Of a stretch of DNA of 64,000 nt, positions 24,605 through 37,752 are shown in pieces. The stretch is from NCBI RefSeq assembly GCF_006345805.1, contig NC_043019.1, positions 10,911,360 through 10,975,359 of the forward strand, read 5' to 3'. How positions within the stretch are numbered: position 1 is the stretch's first letter; the number at the start of each line of letters is the position of its first letter. Under the pieces are notes generated by a model that was given only the letters and a program-made list of their open reading frames with translations, searched no databases and was not told where the DNA came from. The stretch comes from Octopus sinensis (Eukaryota). A program made the translations under genes and the position numbers.

Positions 24605-26021
24605 ATTTAATATTGCTTGTTTCTCCTTTTTTGAGATTAGTGACAGTCTGTCACTGGAAAAAGCATATAGTATTTTGCTTTTGGAATGAGTTCTCATTGC
24701 TAGCTGGTGATTATCACACATTGATGATGGGTTACTGCCCAGAAACCTGGGTCTGTGTGTATCACGTAAGGCTAGAGGTGGGAACGATGATTTCCTGTAA
24801 ATAATTTGGAAAGAAAAAAAATCCTCAACAAAGTTTTTTTGGGAAAAATTGCACAAATCTGTCCTGGTCAAGAGGTCTATATGTTGGGGAAGGCAAGGTC
24901 TGACATGGAATAAACAAAAAATTATATAAGACTTTCTATTGTAAAAATTGCCTGGCAATGACGGGCTATTCAGCTAGTATATATATATATATATATTTAA
25001 TACACCAAATAATGAGGTTAGTGTATACAAAGAGAGTAAATTCAAATGACTTGGATTCTGTAAAAATATAAACAAAAAAGTTGAAAATAAGCAGAACATC
25101 TGACACTGTCTAGAATGGTATTGTATGAAATAATGCCAAAATTCTATAGGGTCTGAGAGACTAAAGCTTATAGAATTGGTTTAGTACAGGAACACCAACA
25201 TGGCATTTTCTATAGATTTTATATGTTTGATTCTCCATCTACTGATAGCAATGAAATCTACCTCAAATCAGTTTGGCAGCTTGATAAATATAAAAGAACA
25301 TCATGTAATCTTTGATACAGAATGTCTTAATTCTTTAGCATTGAGATATAATGATTATTTATTATCAACATCAAAATAAAAATCAAATGGAAATTGTAGT
25401 TGTGATACATGTGCCGGTGGCACATAAAAAGCACCATCTGAATGTGGCCGATGCCAGTGCCGCCTTGACTGGCTTCCATGCTGGTGGCACGTAAATAGCA
25501 CCAACTGATTGTGGCCGCTGCCAGCCTCCCCTGGCACATAAAAAACACCCACTACACTCACGGAGTGGTTGGCATTAGGAAGGGCATCCAGCTGTAGAAA
25601 CACTGCCAGATCAGACTGGAGCCTGGTGCAGCCTCCTGGCTTCCATGACCCCAGTTGAATCATCCAACTCATGCAAGCATGGAAAATGGGCGTTAAACGA
25701 TGATGATGATGATGATGATGAAGAATGTTTTGCTTTAATCATGAATTATCTTCTAATTCCAAGACTTTGGTGATGTGGTAGTTTATCTTTAGAGCGACAT
25801 TATAGAGTAGGAGTGAGGGAACAGATTTGACCAGGTATGTCCAGTTTAAGTGCTAAAGGCTTAATAGGGGATGGTGTGGTCATGCGTGGAATAGATTTAA
25901 TCATAGTTCTGTTTCAAGAGAGACGACCTAAGCTTAAACAAATTCTAAGGTTAGTTTAATTGACTAACCCCCTCCCCTAATATTTTTGGACTTTAGCTTG
26001 TGTTAGAAATTATCTCAAGTC

Positions 26022-26395
26022 AGCAAGCTGGCAGAATCGTTAGCACGTCGGGCGAAATGCTTAGCAGTATTTCATCTGCCGTTACGTTCCGAGTTCAAAT
26101 TCCACCGAGATCGACTTTGCCTTTCATCCTTTTGGGGTCGATAAATTAAGTACCAGTTACACACTGGGGTCGATATAATCGACTTAATCCGTTTGTCTGT
26201 CCTTGTTTGTCCTCTCTGTGTTTAGCCCCTTGTGGGTAGTAAAGAAATAGGTATTTTATCTGTCTTTACATTCTGAGTTCAAATTTTGCTGAGGCTGACT
26301 GCCTTTCATCTTTTTGGGGTCGATAACTTAAATACTCATTGAGTACCGGGGTCGATATAATCGACTAGCCCCATCCCCTAAAGTTTCAGGCTTTG
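26022..26395 (+). mobile_element. SINE family A young unit joined to an older-subfamily unit
   Basis: Junction aaagaaatag|gtatttt at ~26251; second unit is diverged and has a different tail. Confidence 0.8.
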
Positions 26396-26511
26396 TTGGG
26401 GGATTAAATTACATTAATTTGTAACTTAATGTAATCCTCCCTCTGTCCATCTTCCATTTACTTCCCATGAAGAAAATTCTTTCTTTCTTATCAAGTAAAA
26501 GAGTAAAAAGA

Positions 26512-26713
26512 GCATACATACATACATACATACATACATGTATACATACATACATGTATACATACATACATACAAACGTACATACATACATACATACATA
26601 CAAACGTACATACATACATACATACATATACATATATGTGCGTGTGTGTTTTGATTATAACTCTGCCAGATTAGAGATCTGACTTAGGGATAAACAACAC
26701 CACTACCACTACC

Positions 26714-26769
<56 letters not shown>

Positions 26770-27026
26770 CACCACTACCACCACTACCACCACCACTACT
26801 ATTACTACTACTACTACTACTACTACCACCACTACCACCACCACTACTACTACTATTACTACTACTACTACTATTACCACCACCACTACCACCACCACCA
26901 CCACCACCACTACTACTACTACCACTACTACTACCTTACTAGTAGTACTACTACTACTACTACCACCACCACCACCACCACTACTACTACTACCACCACC
27001 AGTATCGCCGCTGCTGCTGCTGCTGC
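26512..27026. repeat. (CATA)n and (CAC/TAC)n microsatellites upstream of the HINT3-like exon
   Basis: Direct inspection. Confidence 0.95.
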
Positions 27027-27083
27027 TAGTTCATGATTCCAACCAGAGTTACTTCCCCTCCGTAAAACACACGCATATCCAAG

Positions 27084-27188
27084 ATGGCAGACCCAGAGAC
27101 GACCGAAGCTGGTGACAAAGTCCCGGCCAAATGTGTCTTCTGTGACATCTGCTCGGGACGGAGCGACAAGGAGAAAGTTTTATACGAG
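27084..27188 (+). CDS. HINT3: First coding exon of a HINT3-like histidine-triad protein (MADPETTEAGDKVPAKCVFCDICSGRSDKEKVLYE)
   Basis: aagATGG Kozak context within a YY1-like CAAGATGGC; 35 open codons; GAG|gtatgt donor; CVFCxI motif followed by ..LYE as at the HINT3 N-terminus; downstream exons not found. Confidence 0.6.
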
Positions 27189-27596
27189 GTATGTATGTTA
27201 CTTGCCATTAACAGTTCGAACCACAACTTTTAACTTATTATTACTGCCAATACCGTCTCTTTCTCTCTTTCTCCCCTTTTTTTTGGCTTCAGTTTTTCCT
27301 TCTCTCTGTTGTCAACATCAAACATTTGACAGATCGGCCGGGAGGAAACGTGGGTGGATGTGATGTCCTTTTATCTCTCACTCGCTTGCTTTTTTTTTTT
27401 ATATATATATATATATTTTAAAAGAACACAGCAACGGGGAATTAGCAGATCCATTCACCCTGTCTTCTTTAATGGTGCTTTTTTGTTCAGATCTCTCTAT
27501 ATGTCTTCAGTTCAAATACTGGCGAGGACTTTAAATAAAGGTAAACATCCCAGGTCCGTGGGTTAATGAAATTTATTAGAGGGAAGGACGAAGCAC

Positions 27597-27972
27597 CTAT
27601 TTCTTTACTACCCACAAGGGGCTAAACACAGAGAGGACATAGGTATTAAGTCGATTACACCGACCCCAGTGCGTAGCTGGTACTTACTTAATCGACCCCG
27701 AAAGGATGAAAGGCAAAGTCGACCTCGGCAGAATTTGAACTCAGAACGTAGCGACAGACGAAATACCTATTTCTTTATTGCCCACAAGGGGCTAAACACA
27801 GAGGGGACAAACAAGGACAGACATAGGTATTAAGTCGATTACATCGACCCCAGTGCGTAACTGGTACTTAATTTATCGACCCCGAAAGGATGAAAGGCAA
27901 AGTCGACCTCGGCGGAATTTGAACTCACAACGTAACGACAGACGAAATACCGCTAAGCATTTCGCCCGGCGT
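27597..27972 (-). mobile_element. SINE family A dimer
   Basis: Reverse-complement units; imperfect TSD aaggacgaa..acct. Confidence 0.85.
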
Positions 27973-28501
27973 ACTAAAGGACGAAATACCTTCCAGTCAC
28001 TACATGTTCCGGATTCTTTATTAATTTTTTTTTCTTGCTGTCCTTGATTGTAACCCCTGCGACAACACTGTGCCAGTCTTAGCTTTTCTCTTAGACAATA
28101 ATAATCGGTGGGATGAAGGCCGGGCGACTCCCAGGAACGGGACAGAATAAGCGGCCTTCCAACGAACGGGGCAGATTGGGGCCCTTCAAAGATGAAAATC
28201 TTTGCTCAGCTCCAGCACTTTGGAGACGTCCATACTCTCGTAAGATATGTAGACACCGAATTACGTATTTATGCATCTGTGTGTGTTTATATTATATTTT
28301 AAAGCACTTTTAAGAGTACCAAATGAGTATTTACGGTTGGTTCCACACAAGTGAGAGTATATTCACAAATTTATTGAAGACCAAGTTGTGTGGGACTTCG
28401 AAGTTTCGTCTATCGCCTTGTTCAACATTCCGACAGTTAACACAAAACACTATTTCATGGAAGCTAAAAAAAGCTTCACAACCTGTTACACACACACAAC
28501 C

Positions 28502-29086
28502 TTTTTATCTTTTACTTGTTTCACTCATCAGACTGCGGCCATGCTGGGGCATCGCCTTGAATTTTTAGTCGAACGAATCAACCCCAGTACTTATTTTTTT
28601 AAAACTTGGTACTTGCTTTTGGTCTTTTTTGCCGATCTGCGAAGTTACGGGGACATAAGCATATCAATATCGATTGTCAATCGATGGGGGCGATAAACAC
28701 ACACACACGACGTATATACACGACGAATTTATTTCAGTTTCCTATTTCTTTACTACCCACAAGGGGCTAAACATAGAGGGGGACAAACAAGGACAGACAA
28801 AGGGATTAAGTCGATTACATCGACCCCAGTGCGTAACTGGTACTTATTTAATCAACCCCGAAAGGACGAAAGGCAAAGTCGACCTCGGCGGAATTTGAAC
28901 TCAGAACGTAACGGCATACGAAATACGGCTACGCATTTCGCAGCCGTCTACCAAATCCTCTTACAAGTCGGCCCGAGGCTATAGTAGAAGACACATGCCC
29001 AAGGTGTCCCACACAGTGGGACTGAACCCAAGGTGTCACACAGTGGGACTACGTTGTTGGAAAGCTACACAGTCACGCCTGCGCCT
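28502..29086 (-). mobile_element. SINE family B interrupted by a family A SINE
   Basis: Reverse-complement match to family B. Confidence 0.75.
28742..28940 (-). mobile_element. SINE family A monomer nested in a family B SINE
   Basis: Interrupts the family B sequence at tttcagtttcc. Confidence 0.8.
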
Positions 29087-29328
29087 GTATGTAGACGTCT
29101 GAAATATAGCTAGAAGGTGTGTGTGTGTATCGTGAAAATGTAGAGGGAAATAAATTAAAAAAACAACAAAAACAAACAGGAATGAGCCCTTCTTATAAAA
29201 CGTAGACACAGATTAAGATAAGTAGTTGGTTAATCAGTTATAAGTGGCCGCAGATGTATCAACCTGAGAGGAAGAGGAATGATCCCTTTATTCTCGTGCC
29301 GTTAAAGAGACTTTTGTTATATTTGATA

Positions 29329-29620
29329 CTAGCAGTATCGCCCGGCGTTGCTCGGGTTTGTAAGGGAAATAACTATATAAGCACTTTTAGAGAGTTATAG
29401 CCAAAAAATAGCAAAAAAATGCATCAAAAATGGAAAAAAAAATGATGGTAATTTAAATAAAAAATCTTAGATTCATCGTAGACGCGCGCTAATACCCAGA
29501 AGGGCTCGATATGAATCACGACTATAAGATACCCGGTTTTGGTTAAACTGCACCGCAAAATGTGGGAGTAGTTAGGAATCTAAATCGTAGGAGACAGACA
29601 CACAACTTCACTTTTATATA
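29329..29620 (-). mobile_element. Non-autonomous Helitron, same 3' end but different interior
   Basis: ctagcagtatcgcccggcgttgctcggg terminus. Confidence 0.75.
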
Positions 29621-30262
29621 TTTCATATATCTGACATCGAACTTTCAGCGAGAAGTAGATAAATTATTTCCTTATCAGCTAAGATATGTGTGTGTGTGTA
29701 TTTATAATGAGAACTCGTTATGGGGCGTGCAGACAGAAGGTTGTACCTTGAGAGGAAGAACTCGCTTCAAACATTTGTTTCGGCCTGTTACTTACTTCCT
29801 TGGTGTCATTAGTCATAGATGTCCTCCTACTGTTTCTTAAATGCCACCTTCCGTACGTATTGAACACGGAGCCTTCAGGGTATCTTATTTCCCTGAACTG
29901 CAATGTATATCGCTCGGCCGCGAAGAAGACCACCGCATGAACCTGAACTGTGGATCTATTTCAAACTGGGTTTCCCTCTTCCTATTTTTAGCGGCTTGCA
30001 GTCTTCCTCTTATATATATATATAAAAGAGTATTACTGGTCTTAAGTTTAGAATGTACTTTTCAGATTTATATGAATTACTGACCGATTTTAATTATATA
30101 TATATTGAACTCCTAGTGTGAAACCGATTGGTGAGATCGGCTGTAATGGATATATAATACCGTACACTTCGAATAATATATATATATATATATATACCGG
30201 AGTAAACACATAAATGTGAAACAAGGTGGAAAAAAGAGTACTCAAATACCAGTGGTAGAGTA

Positions 30263-30438
30263 ATATGCTTTATTTAAAGCACCAGAAAATTCAACAAAAC
30301 CTGTTACTCTGAGTTTCCCGTTGCTGTTCGTCGGACAGTTTATGCTAGAAATCTAGCAAAAACTGTCCGACGAACGGCAACAGGAAACTCAGAGTAACAG
30401 GTTTTGTTGAATTTTCTGCTGCTTTAAATAAAGTATAT
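30263..30438. mobile_element. Fold-back Penelope-like pLTR pair, each arm with a hammerhead-like motif
   Basis: ~85-bp near-perfect inverted repeat; CTGT-CCGACGA...GAAACTCAGAGTA-ACAG on both strands; flanked by (TA)n. Confidence 0.65.
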
Positions 30439-30443
30439 ATATA

Positions 30444-30504
<61 letters not shown>

Positions 30505-31304
30505 ATAGATAAATTTCCTCTATTTACATAATATTGAGGTCTCTTTCTTTCTTTTGTTATCTTACCGTTTTACCAATATATATATGTATGTGTGTGTGTG
30601 TGTACACACACACACTCTATTCGGCGTATTGAGGTCTAAGGCAGATGTTTTGCACTATATAAAATATCTTTGACATAGTTGACTACTGTTGTGTTTGTAT
30701 TTGTGAATTATTAATCACATCTATTCGCGTGCCTGCCTATATATCTAATTACCGTTCTGTATCTACGTGTGTGTCTACACCTCTTTTATGCATCTACATG
30801 TGTGTTGTACATACACTGACGTACATTTAATAATCATACATTTAACACATCGTCCAAGTACTTGTGTGTGTGTGTGTGTGTAATTCCATCCTTTTCGGAC
30901 CAATCATTCTCTCTCTGTCAGCTGGGATCATCGCTAACTTCTTCGATCGGACGGCCTACAGTTAAGCAAAAAAAGTCTTATTAGCAAATACTGCAAACGG
31001 AGGAACAAGTTTTGCTGTGTTAAGGAAGAACAACAAAATCAATACAATGAAATAAATGAAAAGTGTAACGCATCAGACACAATACTCCGATGAACAATAA
31101 TATTCTGTCTAAAGTACAGGTTTTTTTTCTTCTCTTACAGTACATAACTCATTCCACATTTTTATTTATGTGAAGCGTGGGTGCACACGCACACACACTT
31201 TCTCGGCTTATGTGTGTGTGTGTTCGTGTTGTACTTTATGATGTGCATGTCTCGGCTTGTATGTGTACGTTATTGGTCTGTGTGTGTGTATATATACTCT
31301 TTTC

Positions 31305-31690
31305 TTTTACTCTTTTACATGTTTCAGTCATTTGACTGCGGCCATGCTGGAGCACCGCCTTTAATCGAGCAACTCGACCCCGGGACTTATTCTCTTGTAA
31401 GCCCAGTACTTATTCTATCGGTCTCTTTTGACAAACCACTAAGTAACGGGGACATAAACACACCAGCATCGGTTGTCAAGCAATGCTAGAGGTACAAACA
31501 CAGACACACACATACATACATATATACGACTGGCTTCTTTCAGTTTCCGTCTACCAAATCCACTCACGAGGCTTTGGTCGGCCCGAGGCTATAGTATAAG
31601 ACACTTGCCCAAGATGCCACGCAGTGGGACTGAACCCGGAACCATGTGGTTGGTAAACAAGCTGCTTACCACACAGCCACACCTGCGCCT
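31305..31690 (-). mobile_element. SINE family B
   Basis: Reverse-complement full-length match. Confidence 0.85.
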
Positions 31691-31740
31691 GTATATATAT
31701 AATATATATATTATATATATATTATATATATATTATATAT

Positions 31741-31808
<68 letters not shown>

Positions 31809-32067
31809 GCACACGCACATATGCGTATTGTATGTGTGTATATATACACACATCACCAATGACTTTCTCATTGGTAATGCCTTCCCTATTTACTGCACAA
31901 ATGTAATTTTTTTTTCACAAATCTATTGCACTTCATATTCGAAGCTCCGGTGAAGCCAAAGGGTCCAAATTCAGGCACTCAACTACATGTACATTGCGTC
32001 TTAAAGCAGAAACAGCCGTTAGCTAATGAATTTCATAACATTGTTTTTTCCTGTCATCTCTTTTTTC

Positions 32068-32696
32068 TTGTGTGTGTTTTCGTGTGTATATGTATATATA
32101 TATATTTGTGCGTGTGTGTTTTCGTGTGTATGTGTATATATATATATATTTGTGTGCGTGTGTGTTTTCGTGTGTATGTGTATATATATATATATTTGTG
32201 TGTGTGTTTTCGTGTGTATGTGTATATATATATATATTTGTGTGTGTGTGTTTTCGTGTGTATGTGTATATATATTTGTGTGTGTGTTTTTGTGTGTATG
32301 TGTATATATATATTTGTGTGTGTGTTTTTGTGTGTATGTGTATATATATATTTGTGCGTGTGTGTTTTCGTGTGTATGTGTATATATATATATTTGTGTG
32401 TGTGTTTTCGTGTGTTGTGTATATATATTTGTGTGTGTGTTTTTGTGTGTTGTGTATATATATTTGTGTGTGTGTGTTTTCGTGTGTATGTGTATATATT
32501 GTGTGTGTGTGTTTTCGTGTGTATGTGTATGTGTATATATATTGTGTGTGGTGTGTTTTCGTGTGTATGTGTATATATATATATATTTGTGTGTGTGTGT
32601 TTTCGTGTGTATGTGTATATATATTTGTGTGCATTTTCGTGTGTATGTGTATATATATATGTGTGTGTGTGTGTTTTCGTATGTATGTGTATATAT

Positions 32697-32731
<35 letters not shown>

Positions 32732-33003
32732 TTGTGTGTGTGTGTTTTCGTGTGTATGTGTATATATATATATTTGTGTTTGTTTTCGTGTGTATCTGTA
32801 TATATATAGTGTGTGTGTTTTCGTGTGTATGTGTATATATATATTGTGTTTGTTTTCGTGTATATGTGTATATATTTGTGTGTGTGTGTTTTCGTGTGTA
32901 TGTGTATATATATATATTTGTGTTTGTTTTCGTGTGTATCTGTATATATATGAGTGTGTGTGTTTTCGTGTGTATGTGTATATATATATTTGTGTTTGTT
33001 TTC

Positions 33004-33039
<36 letters not shown>

Positions 33040-33056
33040 TTGTGTGTGTGTGTTTC
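32068..33056. repeat. Compound ~40-bp minisatellite TTTTCGTGTGTATGTG(TA)nTT(TG)n
   Basis: Direct inspection. Confidence 0.95.
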
Positions 33057-33444
33057 GGTCGATCTATTTCTCTGTCCCTCGGGAGTCGATATACACTCGA
33101 TGTCTATCCGTTTCATGTTTTATCTTCATTTGGCAAGATCACTAGTTTAGTTTAGTAACCAAAGTAAATTATTACCGAGCATTTTTTTTTTTGCTCTGCT
33201 TTTTGTTTCGCTCTCCTTCATTCATTCTACGAAGGAGCGAGTATATATTTGTGGGTGTGTAAAAGTCCGCTCGCTCGACGCCTGTTGCCAGCGAGTGCAT
33301 TCGCGTGAACGTGAGAGTAGATATGTATGTGTGTTTATATTTATGGGTGTGTAAAGTCCGCTTTGTATCACTTGTCCTGTTTGTTTGCGAATGTATATAT
33401 GTATGTGTGTTTGTGTATTTATATACTCTTTTTTTTTTTTTTTT

Positions 33445-33828
33445 TTACTTGTTTCAGTCATTTGACTGCGGCCATGCTGGAGCACCGCCTTTAGTCGAGC
33501 AAATCGACCCCAGGACTTATTCTTTGTAAGCCCAGTACTTATTCTATCGGTCTCTTTTGCCGAACCGCTAAGTGACGGGGACGTAAACACACCAGCATCG
33601 GTTGTCAAGCAATGCTAGGGGGACAAACACAACACACAAACACACATACACATATATATATATATACATATATACGACGGGCTTCTTTCAGTTTCCGTCT
33701 ACCAAATCCACTCACAAGGCTTTGGTCGGCCCGAGGCTATAGTAGAAGACACTTGCCCAAGGTGCCACACAGTGGGACTGAACCCGGAACCATGTGGTTG
33801 GTAAACAAGCTACTCACCACATAGCCAT
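33445..33828 (-). mobile_element. SINE family B
   Basis: Reverse-complement near-full-length match. Confidence 0.85.
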
Positions 33829-34351
33829 ATATATATATATATATACTGTGTGTGTGTGTGTGTCTTAGTTTCTGTGTTTGTCCCCCACCACCACCACCAC
33901 TTGTGTTTATGTCCTAGTAACTTAGCAGTTTGGTAAAAGATAGCGATAGAGTAAGTACTAGGCTCTAAAAAAAAAGTCCTGGGGTTGATATGTTTGACTA
34001 AAACCCTTTATATCTACTGTACACCTTCCTTATAAGGTAATCAGGGAGCCTCTCCATCAGTGGTTCTCAACCATTTTTGTACCTATGGACCCCTTTTTGA
34101 TTCCTATTTTACTCTGGTGGACCCCCATAGCCATTCAATGTTTAAAAACCAGATTTTACTTATTTCTAGCAGTCCAGCGACCATGTGGAGCAGTGGTTCC
34201 CAGTCAGGGTCCATGTGACCCCTGGCAGTCTATATAAGATTTTTTTTTGTGGGGGGGGGGTCCACATGAGCAAAACAGTAAATATGAGATTCACAGTAGC
34301 AGTTTAAGGGTTCATGAAAAATATTTTGGTTCTCTTTATGTATTTATTGCA

Positions 34352-34387
<36 letters not shown>

Positions 34388-35664
34388 TATGTGGAGGCGC
34401 AATGGCCCAGTGGTTAGGGCAGCGGACTCGCGGTCGTAGGATCGCAGTTTTGATTCCCAGACTGGGCATTATGTGTGTTTATTGAGCGAAAACACCTAAA
34501 AGCTCCACAACGCTCCGGCAGGGGGTGGTGGGCTGCTAGAAATGGTCGCTGGACTGCTAGAAATAAGTAAGATCTACCTCAAACGACATCTACACCCCAA
34601 AATACCAATGAGGCATTAGATGATGTAGTCCTACAAGACAAGGACGAAAGGCAGAGACGGCCATGAATGGAAGGCCTTTCATCAATGATCTATTGAATAG
34701 GGTTGACCTGGGGCTGAACAACATCTCAGGTACACAGATGTATGTATGGATACATGGTGGTACAGAGAATCGGGCCTCAAAGAGCATTAAATACACTTTG
34801 ACTTAATCCCTTTTTATCCTGTCCAGTTTATTGCTAATCCAGCTGATCCAACATTACAACAGAGACCAGTTAATGTGTGGGAATTAATCAAAATACTCCC
34901 ATCTCCTGCCTCCCTTCCCCCCTTCTCTGTTGTTTACATTCAATAGCCTCTCCCTTTCTCCCCACACTGCCTGGTCAGAATCCAATACATCTAAATATCT
35001 CTTTTCTCTCTCTCTCTCTTTATATATATATGTATATAAATTAGAAAAAACCCACCTTTTATCAATTCAATAATGAAAAATTAAATTATACCATTTAGAA
35101 AAATTACATCTTAAATATATATAGCCATGAAACGTGTTGTTATTCTACCAAATATATACATTTTATTTATTATTTTGCACATTACACACTGGGTTCGATA
35201 TAATCGACTTAATCCGTTTGTCTGTCCTTGTTTGTCCTCTCTGTGTTTAGCCCCTTGTGAGTAGTAAAGAAATAGGTATTTGTGACTTTATGATATTTAG
35301 TCTAGTAGCTTTCCTTTTGATGTGGTCTGAGAAGTTTGTATGTTCAAGAACAGCCATGGTCTTAATGAAAGAGCAGTACTTCCTTGTGGGCTTCCACCAA
35401 AACTTTGTAAAGGGCTGGTAGTTGATAGGAGATGAAATGTTTTCTGGCTTTTAAGAGAATTGTTAGTCTTTGAGATGTTGGTTCTGTTGTGTTTTGGATG
35501 TGCGTTCACTGGAAGATATCCAGAGTTATAGGGAGACCTGGCAGTGAGGGCTGGCATTTGAAGTGTTCATGATAGTTCTAGCTGTGTACTGTCAATGTTT
35601 AAATGGGGCCAAATACGGTAATGTCTCCCTGATGTGCGCAGTGATTTTCTTTTACATTTAAAGG

Positions 35665-36180
35665 GGAAAAGATTGGCATGGTCCATTGGATAGTCCTTTG
35701 AGGGCTTCTTACCATTGAATGGGGAAAAAGATTGGTATGACCCAATTAGATAATGTTTAGGGGCCTCTTGGCAGAAAAGACTGGCATGGCCCCATTGGAA
35801 AATCTTTTTTGGGTATCCTGCCATTATATGGAAAAAGATTAGTGAATGTTTTTGAGCTCTCTTGGAGAAAAGATTGGCATGGAGAACCTTTTTGGGGACT
35901 CCTACTATTGAAGAGGGGCAAAGATTTGTATAGCTCAATTAGTGAATGTTTTGGGGTCTCTCGGAGAAAAGATTGGGATGGAGAACCTTTTTGGGGACTC
36001 CTACTATTGAAAAGAGGTAAAGATTTATATGGCTCAATTAGTGAATGTTTTGGGGTCTCTTGGAGAAAAGATTGGCATGGAAAACCTTTTTAGGGACTCC
36101 TACTATTGAAAAGGGGCAAAGATTTGTATAGCTCAATTAGTGAATGTTTTTGGGGTCTTTTGGAGAAAAGATTGGCATGA
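35665..36180. repeat. 99-bp minisatellite (~5 copies, two ~50-bp subunits)
   Basis: aattagtgaatgtttt recurs at 35937, 36036 and 36135. Confidence 0.85.
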
Positions 36181-37230
36181 TCCTATTGGTGGTTGTGATA
36201 GTAATATTTAGTGGTGTTGATGGTTGTGATAATGATGGTTATAGTGGTAGTTGTAGTGGTCATGCTGAGGTTCTTTTAGTTGTAGTGGTGATGGTACTTG
36301 TGAATGTGTTGGCAGTGGTAGAGTGGTAGTTACAGTGGCAATAGTGCAGTTAATGTTAACTTACAAATCACCACCACCACCACCAGTGTTATTGTAAAGG
36401 AAGTAGTTGAGAGATTGAGTACGTTGTGTGTTTAACAAACGCCATTGTGTGTTCATCCGCTCCCATCTTGAGGAGTGTTTTGGTTGGTCGTTACAGCATA
36501 CCTCCGACTGGATACTATAGCTCAGTGGTTCTTAAATTGTCAAGTACCGGTTCTTCCCCTTCCACCCCATACCAGAATATTCGTGGAAATATTTCTCCCC
36601 CCCCCTTTCCCCCTGTACGAGATCTCTTTGTTAAAGAGAGGAAAAAAATTTTGAGCTTACATCTGTCTGCAACTTTATTCTTCCTTCTTTGCTATGGTGT
36701 CACATGAATTCAAAAAAATTTAACCGTTCAGCATTCATATTGCTAGATCAAATGCATCATCATCATCATCATCATCATCATAATCATCATCATCATCATC
36801 ACTTAATGTCTGTTTTCCATTCTGGTATGGGTTAGACGGTTTCACTGGAGTTGAACTGTCCAACCCATGCTAGCATGGAAAGTGGACATTAAACGATGAT
36901 GATGTGTACAGGTTGTCCATAAATTACTTTTATAAATTGAAAAATTCAGTAAAAAAATGGCAAAAAAGAATAACACAGCAGAGTAAACTCACAGCCATAC
37001 CAGGCTCCATTGTATGTCCTACCATGGTTTCCACGGCTGGATGCCCTTCCTAATGCCAACCACTCTACAGAGCGTACTGGGTGCTTTGTATGTGGCACCA
37101 ACACCAGTGCTTTTAATAAGGCACCAGCATCAGTATCAGTTCTACTGTAGTGGGCAGGTCTTCTTAAGTACAGCAAGGCACCAGATATTTCGGTCCTTTG
37201 CCAAGATATCTCAGTCCTTTGTAATATCTA

Positions 37231-37412
37231 CTAGCAGTATCGCCCGGCGTTGCTTGGGTATGTTTCGACCCTTTAGAATTGGAATTTTTGAAAAGTAAAA
37301 ATTTTGCATTATGTAGCTTGTTATTCTCTTTAAGTGAACATTTTTCTGGTTGAAATACACCGAAAAATGGCGACACAGCAGTCAAAAAATCGTAAAAAAA
37401 TAGGGATTTTCA
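37231..37412 (-). mobile_element. Truncated Helitron copy
   Basis: Matches 8428-8610. Confidence 0.8.
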
Positions 37413-37752
37413 GTTTGGCAAAAAGATCAACAGAATAAGTACCAGGGTTTTAAAAAAAAGTACTGTGATCATTTCATCTAACTGAAAATTCTTCAAGGTG
37501 GTGCCCCAGAATGGCTACAGTATAATGCCTGAAACAAGTAAAAGATAAAAAGTGTATATGTGTATATATGTATCATCATCATCATCGTTTAATGTCCGCT
37601 TTCCATGCTATCATGGGTTGGACAATTTGACTGAAGACTGGCAAACTGGATGGCTGCACCAGGCTCCAATCTTGATCTGGCAGAGTTTCTACAGCTGGAT
37701 GGAGTGAGTGGTCAAAAGAAGGGCACTCAACACATTTATTGGGAGTTACCTG

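Noticed and set aside
26671-26925. Poly-valine ORF
   Set aside because: (CAC/TAC)n trinucleotide repeat
31926-33155. Long ORFs (260-374 aa) rich in C/V/Y/I or H/T
   Set aside because: Translations of a compound microsatellite, open in several frames on both strands
34393-34470. tRNA-like sequence (also at 1517, 1918, 42757, 43137, 48922)
   Set aside because: SINE heads that continue into SINE body sequence and lack a proper cloverleaf
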